Assembly (NCBI GenBank): GCA_015680685.1
Contig: MNCI01001396.1
Coordinates: 1 to 64,000 of the forward strand
Length of the DNA stretch: 64,000 bases
DNA from: Gnetum montanum
Taxonomy: Eukaryota; Plantae; Gnetophyta
Reading direction: 5' to 3'
Below the pieces are notes generated by a model, which did no database searches, was not told where the DNA came from, and saw nothing but the letters and a program-made list of their open reading frames with translations. The position numbers and the translations under genes are program-made. Below, piece by piece: positions 50,575 to 64,000 of the stretch (position 1 is the first letter of the stretch; each line of letters opens with the position of its first letter).

Positions 50575-53277
50575 CTAACTTCTAGGTGGCAGTGGTTGTT
50601 CCATCGACTTCTTTCCTTTGTTGTTGAGCTTTTGAAATTAGTATCTATTTAGTAATACTTGAAGTTGCTTCTCCTTTGATTTTGGGTCATGTACTATCTG
50701 GGAGAATTCAATGATGTTTGTTGGAGTCAGGACTTTGCAAGGGCACGATAATTGTGGAAACATTTTGTTTGATTTTACATACTAGGCCACAAACTACCAT
50801 TTTTCTTCTTCAAATGCTTTAGTTATCTTTCTTAATTCTTGATAATCTATTATTCTGAAAGCCATATTTGCTACAACATCTTTTTGGCCATCCTTTTTGT
50901 GCATCCTTTTTGTTTGCAAACTCCTTCTCATATAGTGCATATATTATGGCCACCTATTACTCTAGTTTAATTCTGGTTTGCTTGCTGTGAGCATGTCTAG
51001 ATTAGCATAATGAAGGTTTGCTAATCCCATGTAATTGGTTAGGTCCTCTATCTGCACATCTTTATTCTTGATTTCTGCTTGATGTACATGGGCAAGTCCA
51101 TCCAAGATTGGATATAAATTGGTTGTTTATGTTATAACTGAATTGATCTTGGCTTTAGCAATATGGATTTCCTTTACATTTATTTGCTTGTATATGCCCA
51201 CTTGGTCTCTAAAGTGCTTCTTTAGCCTTTCATGCTTCTTGGCCTTATTTTACAACATGCCAGTTTCAATGGTTGACTTCTATCAGATTACACAAACTTC
51301 TTCCATTGATAGGATTCTATTTTCTTTTGCCAGTTTTTGCATGTTGAGCTTGACCCTAGAGAATTTCTCTCTTAATTGATGGATGCTTTCTTCTAGGACA
51401 CTCTTTTACTTCTTAATGTCCATCAACCTCATATTTTCAGTAGTAATCTTTTTATTCTCTTCTTCTAAGGTAGTCAGGGCTTTAGCATGAGCATATGTTT
51501 GAGCTTCTACCACTCATGCATTCCACATTGCCTTCTCCCTTTCCATGTCCATCTAGATATTCTTGGTTACCAATTGGACTATCTATTCATTTCAAAATTG
51601 CTCTAGGTGGTCTAATGTAATGTATCATGCAAGGTCTTACTTTTTTTCTCTTAATGCAGCTAAGTTTACTTATAGCCTATGCACTTCATTTTTTTCATGT
51701 TTAGCTCTAGTCTTTGCATCACTAGCTTGCCCTTAATGAAAATTAATTTTGACTACATTGTAGTGATATCACTAGGGATATAAAAAATATTCTACATTAC
51801 TGGTCTTGTCTACAATAGTTAATCTAAGATGTCTTCATGTGCTTGTGGAGCCATGGAGGTTCTAGTTATAATTTCAACAACTCTAGATTTAGTTATATCT
51901 TTTGTTGGCATAATAAGAACATTAAAGGATTCTTTAACATGATCTATAATTACTTCAGTTGCACCTATTGCATCTTAATGTTGCATAAGCATGACTGTGG
52001 TAGCTTCTCCTATTTCAAGCATAACCTGAAAGGATGCAGTGTTCTCAGATATTTGTTGTATCTAATCCTCATCTTCTCCTACTTGTAATGAGACTTGACC
52101 ATTGGGGGGTCTTGTTAATATTGTAGGTTTATTTGGATTATCCTTTACTTTATACATGCTAGAAATCTCTTTATTCCCCCAACTTATGGTTTCATTAATT
52201 TGCTGCAAATGGCTCATTGAGGATCCGTGGTTCTACTGTGCTAGTGAAGAGCTTAATCTTGGTTTATCACTAGCTGGTGTTGACCCATTGGGTCTTGCTT
52301 GCTCTTGTCCCATAGATGGAATATTTCCTATTGGTGTAGATCTTGCAACTTCCTCATTGTCTGTTGGCTTTTTCGGTTGGTCTTTTTTGGGAGGCACTGG
52401 CATTGAGATCTCAACATATAATGCATTATAGGCTCTATGAAGAACATCATTAGTATATTCTAGAATTCCTACTTGTTTGCATAGTCTTTTGATGAGACAA
52501 GGAAATGACAATGTGAGTTTTCCTTCTTTTTGTTTTTCAAATTTTCTTTAGATTTTTAAAAATAGTAGATGAGCCATATTTAATTGGAATTTCTCCATGA
52601 CGATGGCACTTCCTCTAGCTACATAGGTGGAAATTCTATTTAATCTCTTGGTGGGGAAAATGTGATAGATCTTTATCTTGAATTAGATCTTTTCTTCTAT
52701 TGACAATCCACTATATTCCTTGTCTATTTTTCCATAGGCCCTTTGTAGCCATAACTTCTTTACATTAGTCTAGGACCTTGTAGATATTTGTGCAATGGTA
52801 GCTCCAACATTTGAAAGATTTAGTGCCTTGGTGATTGCTTCTACTAAATAGGGCACTATGATTTCTTCAACTTAAATGATGACATCATTCTACGTGTTCT
52901 TCCAAAATTGATAAACCTCCCTTAGGTATCATTCACCATTACATGAGAGCATGGGCCAAAGAGGAGAGGCTTGGGGTTGCTCTAAGATATTAGTAGGTGA
53001 AAATTAAGTTCCATAATGATTGTGGACACAATGGAATTTTCTTAGGTATCTTGGAGCCACATGTTTGACAACATGAGGCACTCTCATTTCTCTTGAGTAA
53101 GTGATGCTTCAACTTCAGCTTGTGTGGAATGTTCTATCACAGGTACTAGATGGTGAATACTGAAGAACTAGGCCTCTTGCTTAGCTTGTGAATTATGCTT
53201 TCCAATTTGTTCTCTTCCTCTAGGCTCTTATCTCATTGTTGTGAGGGTCCTTTAGTTGCAAGTCTTTTAGGAGCCAT
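50575..53277 (-). pseudogene. ORF2 of E
   Basis: MAPKR at 53277; LSFPCLIKRLCKQVGI (52233-52511 fragment); ends KGKKSMEQPLPPRS*. Confidence 0.85.
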
Positions 53278-55599
53278 ATGCAAGCATAAAGAATCTAACT
53301 AAAATTACCCAAGGATTTCAAATAAGATCCTAATGATTTATAATCCTCTCTTGGATTCTTGGATTTGATCAAAATTTATCTTTATCACTATCTTTCAGCT
53401 TTTATTAAGATTGCAGAGTTAACAAAAATTTTAAAAATAAACCCTTGGTTGTTGTATTTTCTAATGTATTATGAATGAGTTAGTTGCTTATGACCTCTTA
53501 TAATTATTATATTCTTATTTAATATGTTTTGAAGTGGTTAATTAGGATGGATAGTTAATTTTATTAGCTTTTATTTGAGTAGTTTAGTTAAAATGTGATT
53601 AATTATTATGGTTCTTACCCTTAATATGTTCTTCTAGGCATTAGAGAATTTTGGCACTAAACACACAAACTACACAGAACACTCTCCTCCCCAACTAAGT
53701 TGGTTGCTCCATGATCAAGAGGGTTAAAGAATCATGCAAATCAAAGTTACGGTGAGGAGTTATGAAGCTTGAAAGTTTGGTTTCTAGAGGGTTAGAAAAA
53801 TGTCATGAACTCCCTATGCATAAAATGAGAAGAATTAAAAATTTTCTAGATCCTTGAGTGTATATATAGTTTTTTGCAATGGCAACATCATAGATGTGAC
53901 ATCACAAGGGATAATGCATCACGGCTATGATGTCATTGTTAAAAAATCAAGGTTTTAAGTGAATTTTGATGGGAAAATTAAGTGAAATAAGTAGTCTAGA
54001 ATATTTAGAGATGGTTCAAAGGATTCTTGATCATGGATGATGCTCAGAAGATAAGAATTTATGGTTGAAAGTGTATGAAAGAAGAAATTTGGGCAAGGTC
54101 AGTGAATTAGATATATTGGAGATGACTGGTAAAAACTACCAAAGGTATGATTAGATATGAGTATGTAGGAAAGTAAGAATGATCATTAAAGTGTTTTGGA
54201 GGTAAAAGATGATCTGGAATTGATCATCAAGTATGAATCATAAGGGTTATACACATGGATCCTCCCCAAGGCAAGCTCTAGCCCTTAGTGCCCTTGTATA
54301 ACAACACCTATAAGTGGTCATAGGTACTCAAGGAGTTGAATGTGAAACATACCTGTTATCCAAGACACACATGTTAGTATTTCCTTAATGAGAAAATGAC
54401 AATATATCATACAAAACCATTAATTTATGATTGTATATATCAATGATATGGAATGGAACTATCAAGGATTATAGAGAATGGAATGTGAGGTATTTTACCA
54501 TAGGCATAATGAATTCTATGTGTGATGCATGGTTAAAGTAATCATTTGTCCTTTCGTCCAAGATCCAAACCAAGTCCATACCACTTATGAGTGACATCGC
54601 ATTACATCATCCAAAAACTAACCATAGGACCACCATAACTATAAGGAATATTAACACTTAAAAATAAAGTGTCAGGAAGTAGTTTATGAACATGAAAATT
54701 ATTTTAAAGGAGACTTAGCCTTTGGTCAGAGGAGTGCATTCAAGCATGGGTAACATGTATTTCTAGCCTCATAATCAATGCGAGTCCAAGAAACCTTGAA
54801 ATTTTTAAGAAGTTGGCTACCTTTAGGCATGGGTAACATGTCTTTCGAGTGGATCCACCAAAATTTTTTATTTTGTACATTCATTATGTTATTGCTATGT
54901 CAAACTTACCAAAGGACTACCTTTAGGCATGGGTAACATGTCTTTCTAGTGACATGGTAAGGCAACACTTGTTTTTTACATGCTTCCATTTTTCATTAGA
55001 ACTCAAGTAAATAATATAACTTAATAGTAGGATAAGACTTATAGTTGCACCCTTAGAGAATCCATAAATACCCTTGAATTCACACCCTTTTTATTCCTCC
55101 TTGGTCCTTTACCTTTTTATCCAAGAATAATGATCATAAGTTTATTTTAGTTTTATTGTGAAAAGAATGTCATTATGTCCATGGTAAGAACCTATTATTA
55201 TTGGAAATGAGTGGATGGATGATGTGGTTTCACTTGCGTATATAATCAATCCTTCAATGATTTGATAACATAGGGTAGTATTCACATTATTGGGACTACA
55301 TCTTATTTTATTTCTTTACACATTATTGGAAAAATCAATAAAAATATGTAGAAGAAAGATAGTGAAAAATCATTAAAAAATGATAAAAATGGAAAAATGT
55401 AGAAAGAATTAAAAAGATATTAAAAAAATAAAAAATGATTAAGAAAAGGAAAAAATATAAAAGAATGACAAATATATGAAAGAATGTGAAAATTGGTAAG
55501 AAAAGAAAAAAGTGAAAAGTAAAAAGTAAAAAAATGTAAGAAGAATTTATGCCTAAGTGTCAAACTTAATGCCCCCACAACTATCATTACAAGTGAAGA

Positions 55600-58500
55600 T
55601 TAGAAAAAGTGAACTAATTAGTAGATAGGCTAGAGTTCTTGAAAGAGTAAGGAAAGTCACAGTATGGATAGACTTGTTGAATATTGACAAGAATCATTTT
55701 TTGTGGTGTTGTTGAAAGATAGATTTGCATGGAGGTAGATTGGTATGTAGCATGGACAATATAGGACCCCTTCCATAAGGTTTAGAACTTAGCCTTTTGT
55801 GAAATGTGATTGGGACTATAGTAAAGAACTCTATCACCCAGCTTGATAGACACTTGTCATATTTAGATGTCATGTTTACATTTGGAGTACTTTTTGTGGA
55901 TTTTGTTACTCATTTGAGCTACTAGTCTATTTTCATTTAAGAAATTTAGATTCTTTAAGCTAAGCTTAAATCGAGGTCAAGTGTACTAGTAGTGGAAAGG
56001 GTGTTGAGTTCCACTTGGATTGGTAAAGTAGGTATTTGACTATAAAATAACTCATATGAGGAATACCATGTAAGAAGTTTCCAAGTTGATTTACATGCCC
56101 ATAGAGCATCATTGAGTTTAGTGCTCCAATCCTTCTTATAACAACTAACAATTCTAGTTAATATCCTAGTGATTTTTTTGTTAGTCATTTCTACATGACC
56201 ATTTTCTTAGGGGTGATAAAGTGTAGTTAATTTATAATTAACCCTTAGTTGTTACATTATCTTCTTAAATGTAGCTCCTATGAAGTGAGTTTTGTTGTTT
56301 TATATGAGCATGTGTGGTACTTCAAATTTGTTCACTACATGTTGTTGAAAGAATTTGGTAGTTGTTGTGGTCGTATAATCTTTAACTGCAACTAATTCTA
56401 CCCACTTCATGTAATAATAGATAGTTACTATAATGTAGGACTTCTCATTTGACATTGGTGTGATGGATCCCATGAAATCATTTTGCCAAATGATAAAGGG
56501 TTCTAATAGTTGTATCCATTGTTGTGGTCCTTCATTTCTATCTTTTAGCCTTCCATCCCTTTGGAATCTTCCACAAGATTGTGCAAACCAATGTACATCC
56601 CTGAATATGGTAGGCTAAAAGTAACCTACCATGATTAATTTTGGTGCTATCCTTCATCCTACTTAGTAACCACCACATGGTCCTTCATGTGCATCTTCTA
56701 GGACTCTTTGTTGAGTTTCTGTGAGAACACACCATCTTATTAATCTGTTTGCACATATCTTGTAAAGGTTTCAATTAATTTCCATATACCTTTTTACTTT
56801 GTGGAGGAACTATTCTTTATGTTTCTTATCCTATTCAATGGGAAACTCTTGTTTGATGAGATATGTTATGCAATTAGTAATTCATGACTTCATTGTTGAA
56901 TCTACAATCATAACTACTTTGGTGAATAGTTTTCATCAAGAAATTGGTCTGATATTGGTTCATCCTTTTCTTGTGATTCCTATCTAAGTCTTGATAAATA
57001 ATCTACTACAACATTTTCAGTTCCTTTCTTGTCAATCATGGTATTGTCAAACTCTTGTAAGATAACAAGCCATCTTATCACTCTTGGATTGATAGCTGGT
57101 TTGTTCATTAAAATTTTGATAACACTATGATCAGTATAGACACACATAGGATAACCAAGCACATAGTGTCTGAATTTCTTAAGTTCATACACCATAACCA
57201 TAAGCTCCTTTTTAATGGTTGTGTAATTGAATTGTACCCCAGCAATGCTTCAACTAGCACAGTGTATATAATAGGGTCGTTTCTATTCATCAAGTTGAGT
57301 AAGTACTAATCCAAATACATAGTTTGAAGTATTTGTCATTATGTGGAAAGGCTTTGATCAATTTGGAGCTTAGAGGATTAGTGTCTTGATTAATTTCTGT
57401 CTCAAGGTTTCAAATGCTTTCTCACATTATTCTATCCATTGAAATGTTGCATCTTTCTTAGTTAGTTCCACTAGTGGTTTGTCAATCTTTGAAAAGTTTT
57501 CAATAAATATCTTGTAGTATCCTATGTGGCCAAGAAATGATTTGACATCTTTGATAGTTTGTGGCCTCTTAGTGATATTTTAAATGACTTTGATCTTTTT
57601 TAGATCTACCTCTATTCCTTTGTGAGATACTTTTTATTCTAGAACTATACCATCTTGAACTAGTAAGTGGCTTTTATGCTAATTGAGCTTTAGATTAGTT
57701 TCCACACATCTGTTTAATACTTACTCTAAATGGTCCAAGGCTTGTTTAAAATCTAGCCCATATGTGCAGAAATCATCCATGAAGACTTCAACTCCATTAA
57801 CAACTTTCTTCTAAGAGATGCTTAGTACAAGTCTCTAGAAGGTAACATGTGCATTACATAGGCCAAAGGGCATTTTATTATGTGTAAACATCATCTATGA
57901 GCTTATGAATGTGGTCTTCTTCTGATTTTCTGGTATAATGCAAATTTGATTATACCCATTGTATCCATCCAAGAAACTATAATATTGGTATCCTGTTATG
58001 GTAACTAGGACTTGGTCAACAAATGATAGAGGAAAATGGTTCTTAAAAAATACCATGTTAAATAATCAAAAGTTAATGGAGACCCTTCACTTGCCAACTT
58101 TCTTTGAGACAATGACCAATGGGCTAATCCATTAGTTATCTGCTATGGGGTAGATGAACCCAACTTTCAACAATTTTTTCAACTCTTGTTCAACAACTTT
58201 CTAAAGTTTAGGAATCAAACTTCTTTGAGGTTAATAATGTGGTTTAACAATTGGATCTATATATATTTAGTGTCGACGGAAACGTGGATTGATACTAGTG
58301 ATTTCATCATAGGACCATGAAAATGCAGTTAACCATTTATTCATCACATCTAGTAATTTCCTCTTTTACTTTTCATTAAGTTTGACATTTATGATTATTG
58401 GTTTTTTATTTTTTAGGAAGGCATACTCAAGGGTATCCAGTAGGGTTTTTAGTTCTAAGGGTTTTGGTTCATATTTCTCTTAGATCTCTAATTGTCCCCA

Positions 58501-61500
58501 TTCAATATATTTCTCCTGATATGATTCTATGCAAGGAGGTTATCTTTTTAACTATTCTAAGTTATCAGTTTCTTCAACATAGGCATTTGTGATTTTGTTT
58601 AATGGTTCCATGCATCTTTTATTCTATTTCTTTTTTAGTAATTAGCCACTGGGTTCTTTCTTGTTGAGTGGTTGTTACATATAGATACTTTTGTACTCAC
58701 ATCTTTTATGCATTTATTGCATATTATGATGTCATCATGTTTTGTGGTCTAGATCTTCTGCACACAATTGCACCTGTTATTGTTGTATGTGATACATGGA
58801 GCTCTACATCTCTAAATGATTCTAGCTTCATCATCCTTAGAGATTTCCAAGGACAAGACTCTAATTGCAAGCATAGCATCTACAGTACTAAGCCATGTCA
58901 TTTCCATGATTATGGGAAATTCCCTTTTGTTATTTCCCACATGTATGACTAAGAAATTAGTAGGATAACACCAACTGCTTATGGTAGTGATAACATCTTC
59001 CAGTTGTCCAAGTGGAACAAAAAACAATGGACTGGTCTACAGGCTCTAGGTGAATGTTACTTTTCTTCAATGGGGAAAGGTTCCTAGTCTTGTACATGTC
59101 TTGTGAAATGAGAGTTACTATTGATCTAGAATCTAAGAGAGCCTTGCATGGTTTATGTTCTACTATTTAAAGGTAAACTAAGGGACTTCCACAATTTGTT
59201 CTCTTTTTGGAAAGTACTCCTACTTTAATCTAGTGTTATTATTTGGGTGAGAATGACAATAGTGACCTTATCTGTAGATACTGGAAACATAATGTTCCTT
59301 GGAGAAGTGTGTATGGATGAGGTAGAGTTAGGTGAAGTGCCCATCCTTCAAACCTTTTCTAGACTTACCCTAAAAAAGGATGTTTTCTAGCACTTGGTTC
59401 ACTTGATATTACCTCCTCTTGTGTAGTTATTGCCTTGGTAGCACTTTTTACTATGGTTGTGTTGGTAGCTCTCTTTGCATGACTAGTGGAAATAATGGTA
59501 GTAGGGAGTTAGGAGTTTGAAGTGAGGAACTAGCTACTAATTGGAACATGTAAGAATTTGGATCCATCGATGAGATAGTGGGTCTATGATGTTTCAGTAG
59601 ATAGTAGTGAGAAGAGGCATGAACTAAAGTATTCTCTAGAAAGATTGGATGTTGAACATAGTATTCATAGGGATTAGGTTGCTTATATGGATACTATTAT
59701 CTTGGTGGGGGCATTTCCCACACTTATGGTTATTGCCTTTGTTTTTGGTACTATTCTTGCGGTTAAGGATATGCCCCACTTAGATGATACATTTTTTGGT
59801 AGGGTTGTCGGAGGTTACCTTGTGGATAAGGTAATAGTCTAGGGATTTGTTTCTTGATGAATTTTAGATTAATTACATATGCCCTAGATTGTTGTAAGTG
59901 AGCCATAATAGGGAAACATCCCTTAGGATGTTCAGACTGGCATACTTTGTATCAGTCTATTAATTCCTCTACCGCAACAACTTTTCCTTTGTTCCTATAG
60001 TTCTTTTGTCTATTGTCTCTTCTTTTCTTTGCTTTGATCTAAGGCTTATTCAATCTTTTTCTCAACTATCTTTAGTGATGTAGAAAATTTATCATCCATG
60101 GAATTCCACATTTTCTCTACCTTGGTTGTAATATCATTAACTAATTTTTGAATTAGTAGAGTCTTTTGTTGGATCATGTATTTTAGAGTTTCTTCTTTTT
60201 GTGATTTACTTGTTCTCACATTCATTTTCCTTATTGTTAGATCTCTATTATATTCTTTGGCTTTTTCCTTAAATTTCCTTCTTCTTTTGCCACTTGGTCA
60301 ATGAGTTTCTAAATATGATGAGCTATCATCTTAGATAGTATACCTTAGGCAAATATCCCAAGAGTTTCTCTTGTCTTGTTTTGTAGCCCATCAACAATGT
60401 GTTGTAATTATTCCCTTTAAGAAGATTTTTGGCATGAGAACCTATGTAGTAGTGAATAATATCTACCCATTGCCACATCAAAGAATTCATGTATCCTTTG
60501 TTTCCATCCTTGAATTTGTTTTCTTAAGTTAGACACTCTAGAATAAGTTTGATATTTGTCATTAAAAATCTCTAGCATGGTACTTCATCTTCGAATTTAT
60601 TCAGGTTCTAAGAACCTATACTAGCTCTTTGCTTTTTTTATGAGTGTTCTAGGAAATAACTTTAGTTTCTACCAATTGTTTTCAATATTCTACAAGGCGT
60701 AGGCATCATTGAAGGCTTGAAGATGATGTTATGGATCTACATTATATCTACCTTTAAAATTTAGAATATTATTCATGTCTAGTTGCTTAATGCGACTATC
60801 CCTTACATGCCTGGTAGAAATATACATTACTTCTCTAATATTAATCATATTTTGAGTGTGTAGTAGGGGTTCTTTAGAGTTCATGAGCTCTGTTATAGTG
60901 GTGACCCCTCCAATGCTCATGATGCTCTCTTTCTTCATGTCTAATCCTTTCTCTTTTTCTCTTATGGTTTTCTTCTTCTTCATCAAGATGTCTTCTTTGA
61001 TGTACATCTCTCATGATTCCTTCATCTTTCTTCATCATGATTCCTTCATCTTTCTTCATCATGATTCCTCATTCTTCTTTCTCTCTTATTGGGATTTATG
61101 AAAGAGTGTGAGGAGGAAGAGGAAGAACTTAGGGAACAATGCTGGCTGGTTCTCCTTCTATGAATTCTTGATTTGTCCCTTTTTGATCTAGTGGAGGTTG
61201 TAGGCCTCAAGTCTCTTCTAAGCCTGGAGTATTCCTTATCTCCTCTGGGTGTTTCTGGAAGAGTTAAATGCAATTGTATCTTGATGAGATCTTCAATACA
61301 TATTATTGGTATTTGAGATTGAGATCCATGGGTTTGATAGAATTTCTTTGTTTGAAACATAGCATCGTCTCTTTCCTTTAAGATAACTATTTGAGATACT
61401 TCCTTTTCCTTATCAAGCTCATGTCTTGTCTTCATGATAGCATCCATTCTTACTTGAGCTTCTGTTGGTTGGTATGGCCTGGTCATGTGTTTGGTGATGT

Positions 61501-61786
61501 AATAACCTTCTTGCACGTGGCTAAGGTTTGACCTCATAAGGGTTTCTTATAGCATTGATAGTGTAAAAAATTCTAGAGATAAAACAATGTTGTCTTATAA
61601 ATCTCTCCATCTTAGTTGTTCATCTTGGTGAAAGTCAAATGTGAAGTCAAGATAGTATGGATTAGTGCAAGTGTATGAGATTTTGGTTTGCATTGATGCA
61701 CTCCAGTCTTCTTCATTATATTTCCTCTCATGACTCTTATTAAATTTAGTAGCAGGTAGTGATTTCTCTTTAATTGTAGAAGCCAC
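55600..61786 (-). pseudogene. gag-pol: gag-pol of E
   Basis: MASTIKEKS; KALLDS (~59128-59145); KNHFPLSFVDQVL; FLDGYNGYNQI; MPFGLCNA-like; EVFMDDF (~57769-57789); KKFRHYVLG; AHEGPCGG; KDWSTKLNDALWA. Confidence 0.95.
61011..61069. repeat. Perfect 24-bp tandem repeat (~2.4 copies) in E gag
   Basis: TCATGATTCCTTCATCTTTCTTCA x2 plus a partial copy. Confidence 0.85.
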
Positions 61787-61908
61787 ATTAAATGTTTAAT
61801 GCTTTAAGTGTGTACTTTAAAAAAATTGGTTTAAGTATGAAAGATTTACTTGATGATTCTTAACATAATGAACTTTGTAAAATCAACTACTTAGTGAACA
61901 TTGACACA

Positions 61909-61927
61909 TCCTCAACAATGATGCCAA
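61909..61927 (-). promoter_or_regulatory. Primer-binding site (tRNA-Asp type) of E
   Basis: TTGGCATCATTGTTGAGGA. Confidence 0.8.
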
Positions 61928-62785
61928 TGATAAGCAATTGGGTGTTTCAACACTCCACCATACAAGTCATAAGTGTACATGTGCAACCTAATCGTAATCT
62001 ATAAATAGCCAATGTAAATTCACTAGTAATTGAGGTTCAGTTCACGATTGTTGTCTTATCATGTTGAGTTAGTGAAGTTCAAGCTGTATGGTTTAACTCT
62101 TGGTGAGGCATATAATATGTTGATGTTTTTGGCATATGATTAAAATGGTAATATAATTCTAAGTGTAATGAAAGCAAAGAAACTATTCTAGCTTATAGGT
62201 GATAAGTATCTGCTCTTGTCTTATCGTACATGACAAGGACTCATGTAATCATTAGTGAGATTACCAAGAAAATCCACTATTGAGAGAATCAAGTGAACTC
62301 ATCACTAGGTTACCAAATGATTACACTACATGCTCAAAACTAGTTGTACTTATATCACCTTACTAAAAGACATAATAAAAAGTAAAGTACTTAGAAATTG
62401 TTAATGACTCAAGTAAAGTAAACATGTTGAAAGGTAAAATTAAACTAAGTAAAAATAAATAAAGTATAATGAAACCATAGTAGAAAAAAATCTTGATCTT
62501 TATTTTTAGTCATGAATTGTATCCAAGAACAATCTACTCAAGCAAAGATTTCGTACAACTATTTAACACCACATTGTAGGCATTCACTCTATTGCTAAGT
62601 CTAATTCATAGAAAAAAACCATAAAAATTCATCCAAGTATTGGTGAAAGATTATTCTTTTGATATGACAGTGGGTTAGTATTTATAGTGGTGACCAAGAT
62701 CCACTACATTGCATCTATGATGATGTAAAGTGGGCTATGATATCATAGATATGATATCACATCAGTTGACATATAGGTTTTATTA
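61928..62785 (-). repeat. 5' LTR of E
   Basis: Adjacent to the PBS; aligns to 49484-50328. Confidence 0.9.
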
Positions 62786-64000
62786 ATGGACTAATGAGTC
62801 CTTTTACGTGATCAATATCTAAGGCATTCTCAACTTACCTATTTCTTGACATTCTATAAATATTGTGGGTTTTGGTTATTCTTTTGACTTCTAATGTCAT
62901 GGATATTAAGACAATTTTCTTATGCAACATGTGCCTCCATCCTAGAGCTTGCTCCAAGTGGACCAATGTGGTTGGCTTTACTAGAAGATTTTTGATCATT
63001 TTTGCATATTTGTATACAAATTCAAGTGGTAGAAGTTAGGAGCTTGATGGTGATGAAGCATGATCAATGAAGTTTTCTACTTGTTTTCTAATTTAGATTT
63101 ATTTTAAGATTGATGTTATGATGAACATGATGTACTTGAACTTATGTATTCATAGGTATTATCAACTCTCCTTGAAATTATGATTTTGTCATGATTATAA
63201 GATTTAACTATGAGCTTTGGTTTATATTTATGGAATCGCTACTTTAAGTACTTCAAGGTGTACTTTTTATTGTACTATGTGCTTGGTTAAGTTTTGTAAT
63301 GCTTATGGTGATTATTTTTCTTAGGATATAAGCATTAGGATGTCACATGCCCAAGTATTCAATTATGTGTAATTTAATTATGGAATTTATTAAGTAAAAT
63401 TTTGGGGTATGACAATAAATGTGTGTGCTATCTTAGTTCCATTCTAGAGAAGTTTTTCAGTAAATTTGACCTTGTCTATTAGAATAGATATGCATGTGCT
63501 TTTCCACAATGATTGTATGATTTATGGAGCTAGTTAGTCTCGTGACTATAAGGTTAGAACAATTTATCTACTAATGGACTTGTTTGGAATGAGGACTTCA
63601 TGTTACTTCCTTTTTACTAGCATGAACTTATGATCCAAAACTAGTGGATTTGGTATGACCTTAGTCTAGTCAGACCTATTGGTCTTAAGGTCAGAAGTGG
63701 AACCTAAGGTTCCAAAAAATTTTGGGTTTGCTTGTTAAGGCATTGCTTTCATGGAACATGCTTTCTTTGAGATTGAGTCTTGTAGGTTCATTGCTAGGGC
63801 TAGAAATAAATCCTAAAGAGCTTTCAGACCAGTTACCAAAAAAAAAAAAAAACCTCATCGATGAACATCGAGTTGCCATTAGGAGGATCTTGGTTGGACT
63901 TGTGAGATAAGAGCTCATTCTCTTATGTAGATAGGAGACTATGTAGAAGGACAAGTCTCTTAGATCCTATAAGGACTACATCTGAGGGATGCCTTAGTGA

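Larger units (their letters stand above)
49484..62785 (-). mobile_element. Element E: uninterrupted full-length Athila-like element (13.3 kb), same subfamily as D
   Basis: LTRs 49484-50328 and 61928-62785; TSD ATGGG (49479-49483) / ATGGA (62786-62790); PBS 61909-61927; complete decayed gag-pol and ORF2. Confidence 0.93.
47807..63414 (+). mobile_element. Probable solo LTR of an unrelated (Tekay/Del-like) Gypsy family, ~2.3 kb, split by element E
   Basis: Starts TGTAACACC (47807) and ends GGGGTATGACA (63414); flanks GTGAA/ATAAA differ only by G>A; internal GGTCATG/CATGACC repeats at 48710-48920. Confidence 0.5.

Noticed and set aside
54737-54955. Repeat-spacer pattern resembling a CRISPR array
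   Set aside because: Only three degenerate units with uneven linkers, inside a eukaryotic retroelement; no cas genes
63691-63954. Short ORFs near the window end as a host gene
   Set aside because: Depend on a poly-A run; no recognisable domain or exon structure

Overview
AT-rich, CpG/CHG-eroded plant-type heterochromatin with no recognisable host gene. The window is a nest of Athila-like (non-chromovirus Ty3/Gypsy, tRNA-Asp-primed) LTR retrotransposons whose boundaries resolve by LTR pairs and 5-bp TSDs. A is 3361-24034 (+, TSD ATGAA). B is 3911-13083 (-, TSD CTTAG, inside A's 5' LTR). D is 24628-46239 (-, TSD ATGTG). C is 32603-41682 (-, TSD GTAGA, inside D's pol). E is 49484-62785 (-, TSD ATGGG/ATGGA). 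There is also a young CpG-intact 3' fragment at 1-639, next to an N at 640. A, D and E carry decayed gag-PR-RT-RH-INT. B and C are a pol-less ~9.1 kb type whose Gag ends in a shared, distinct tail. All five carry an extra sense ORF2 (~900 codons; MAPKR-type start, LPFPxLIxxLC-like domain, coiled coil; internally deleted in A) behind a conserved ~2 kb spacer. That spacer holds two extra PPT copies, an LTR-like repeat/TATA module and a conserved GTAAG...YAG|ATG intron signature. The LTRs share a covarying hairpin that pairs the AATAAA. Background DNA looks like very old L1 LINE remnants and a probable Tekay-type solo LTR. All assignments were made by eye, without database searches.
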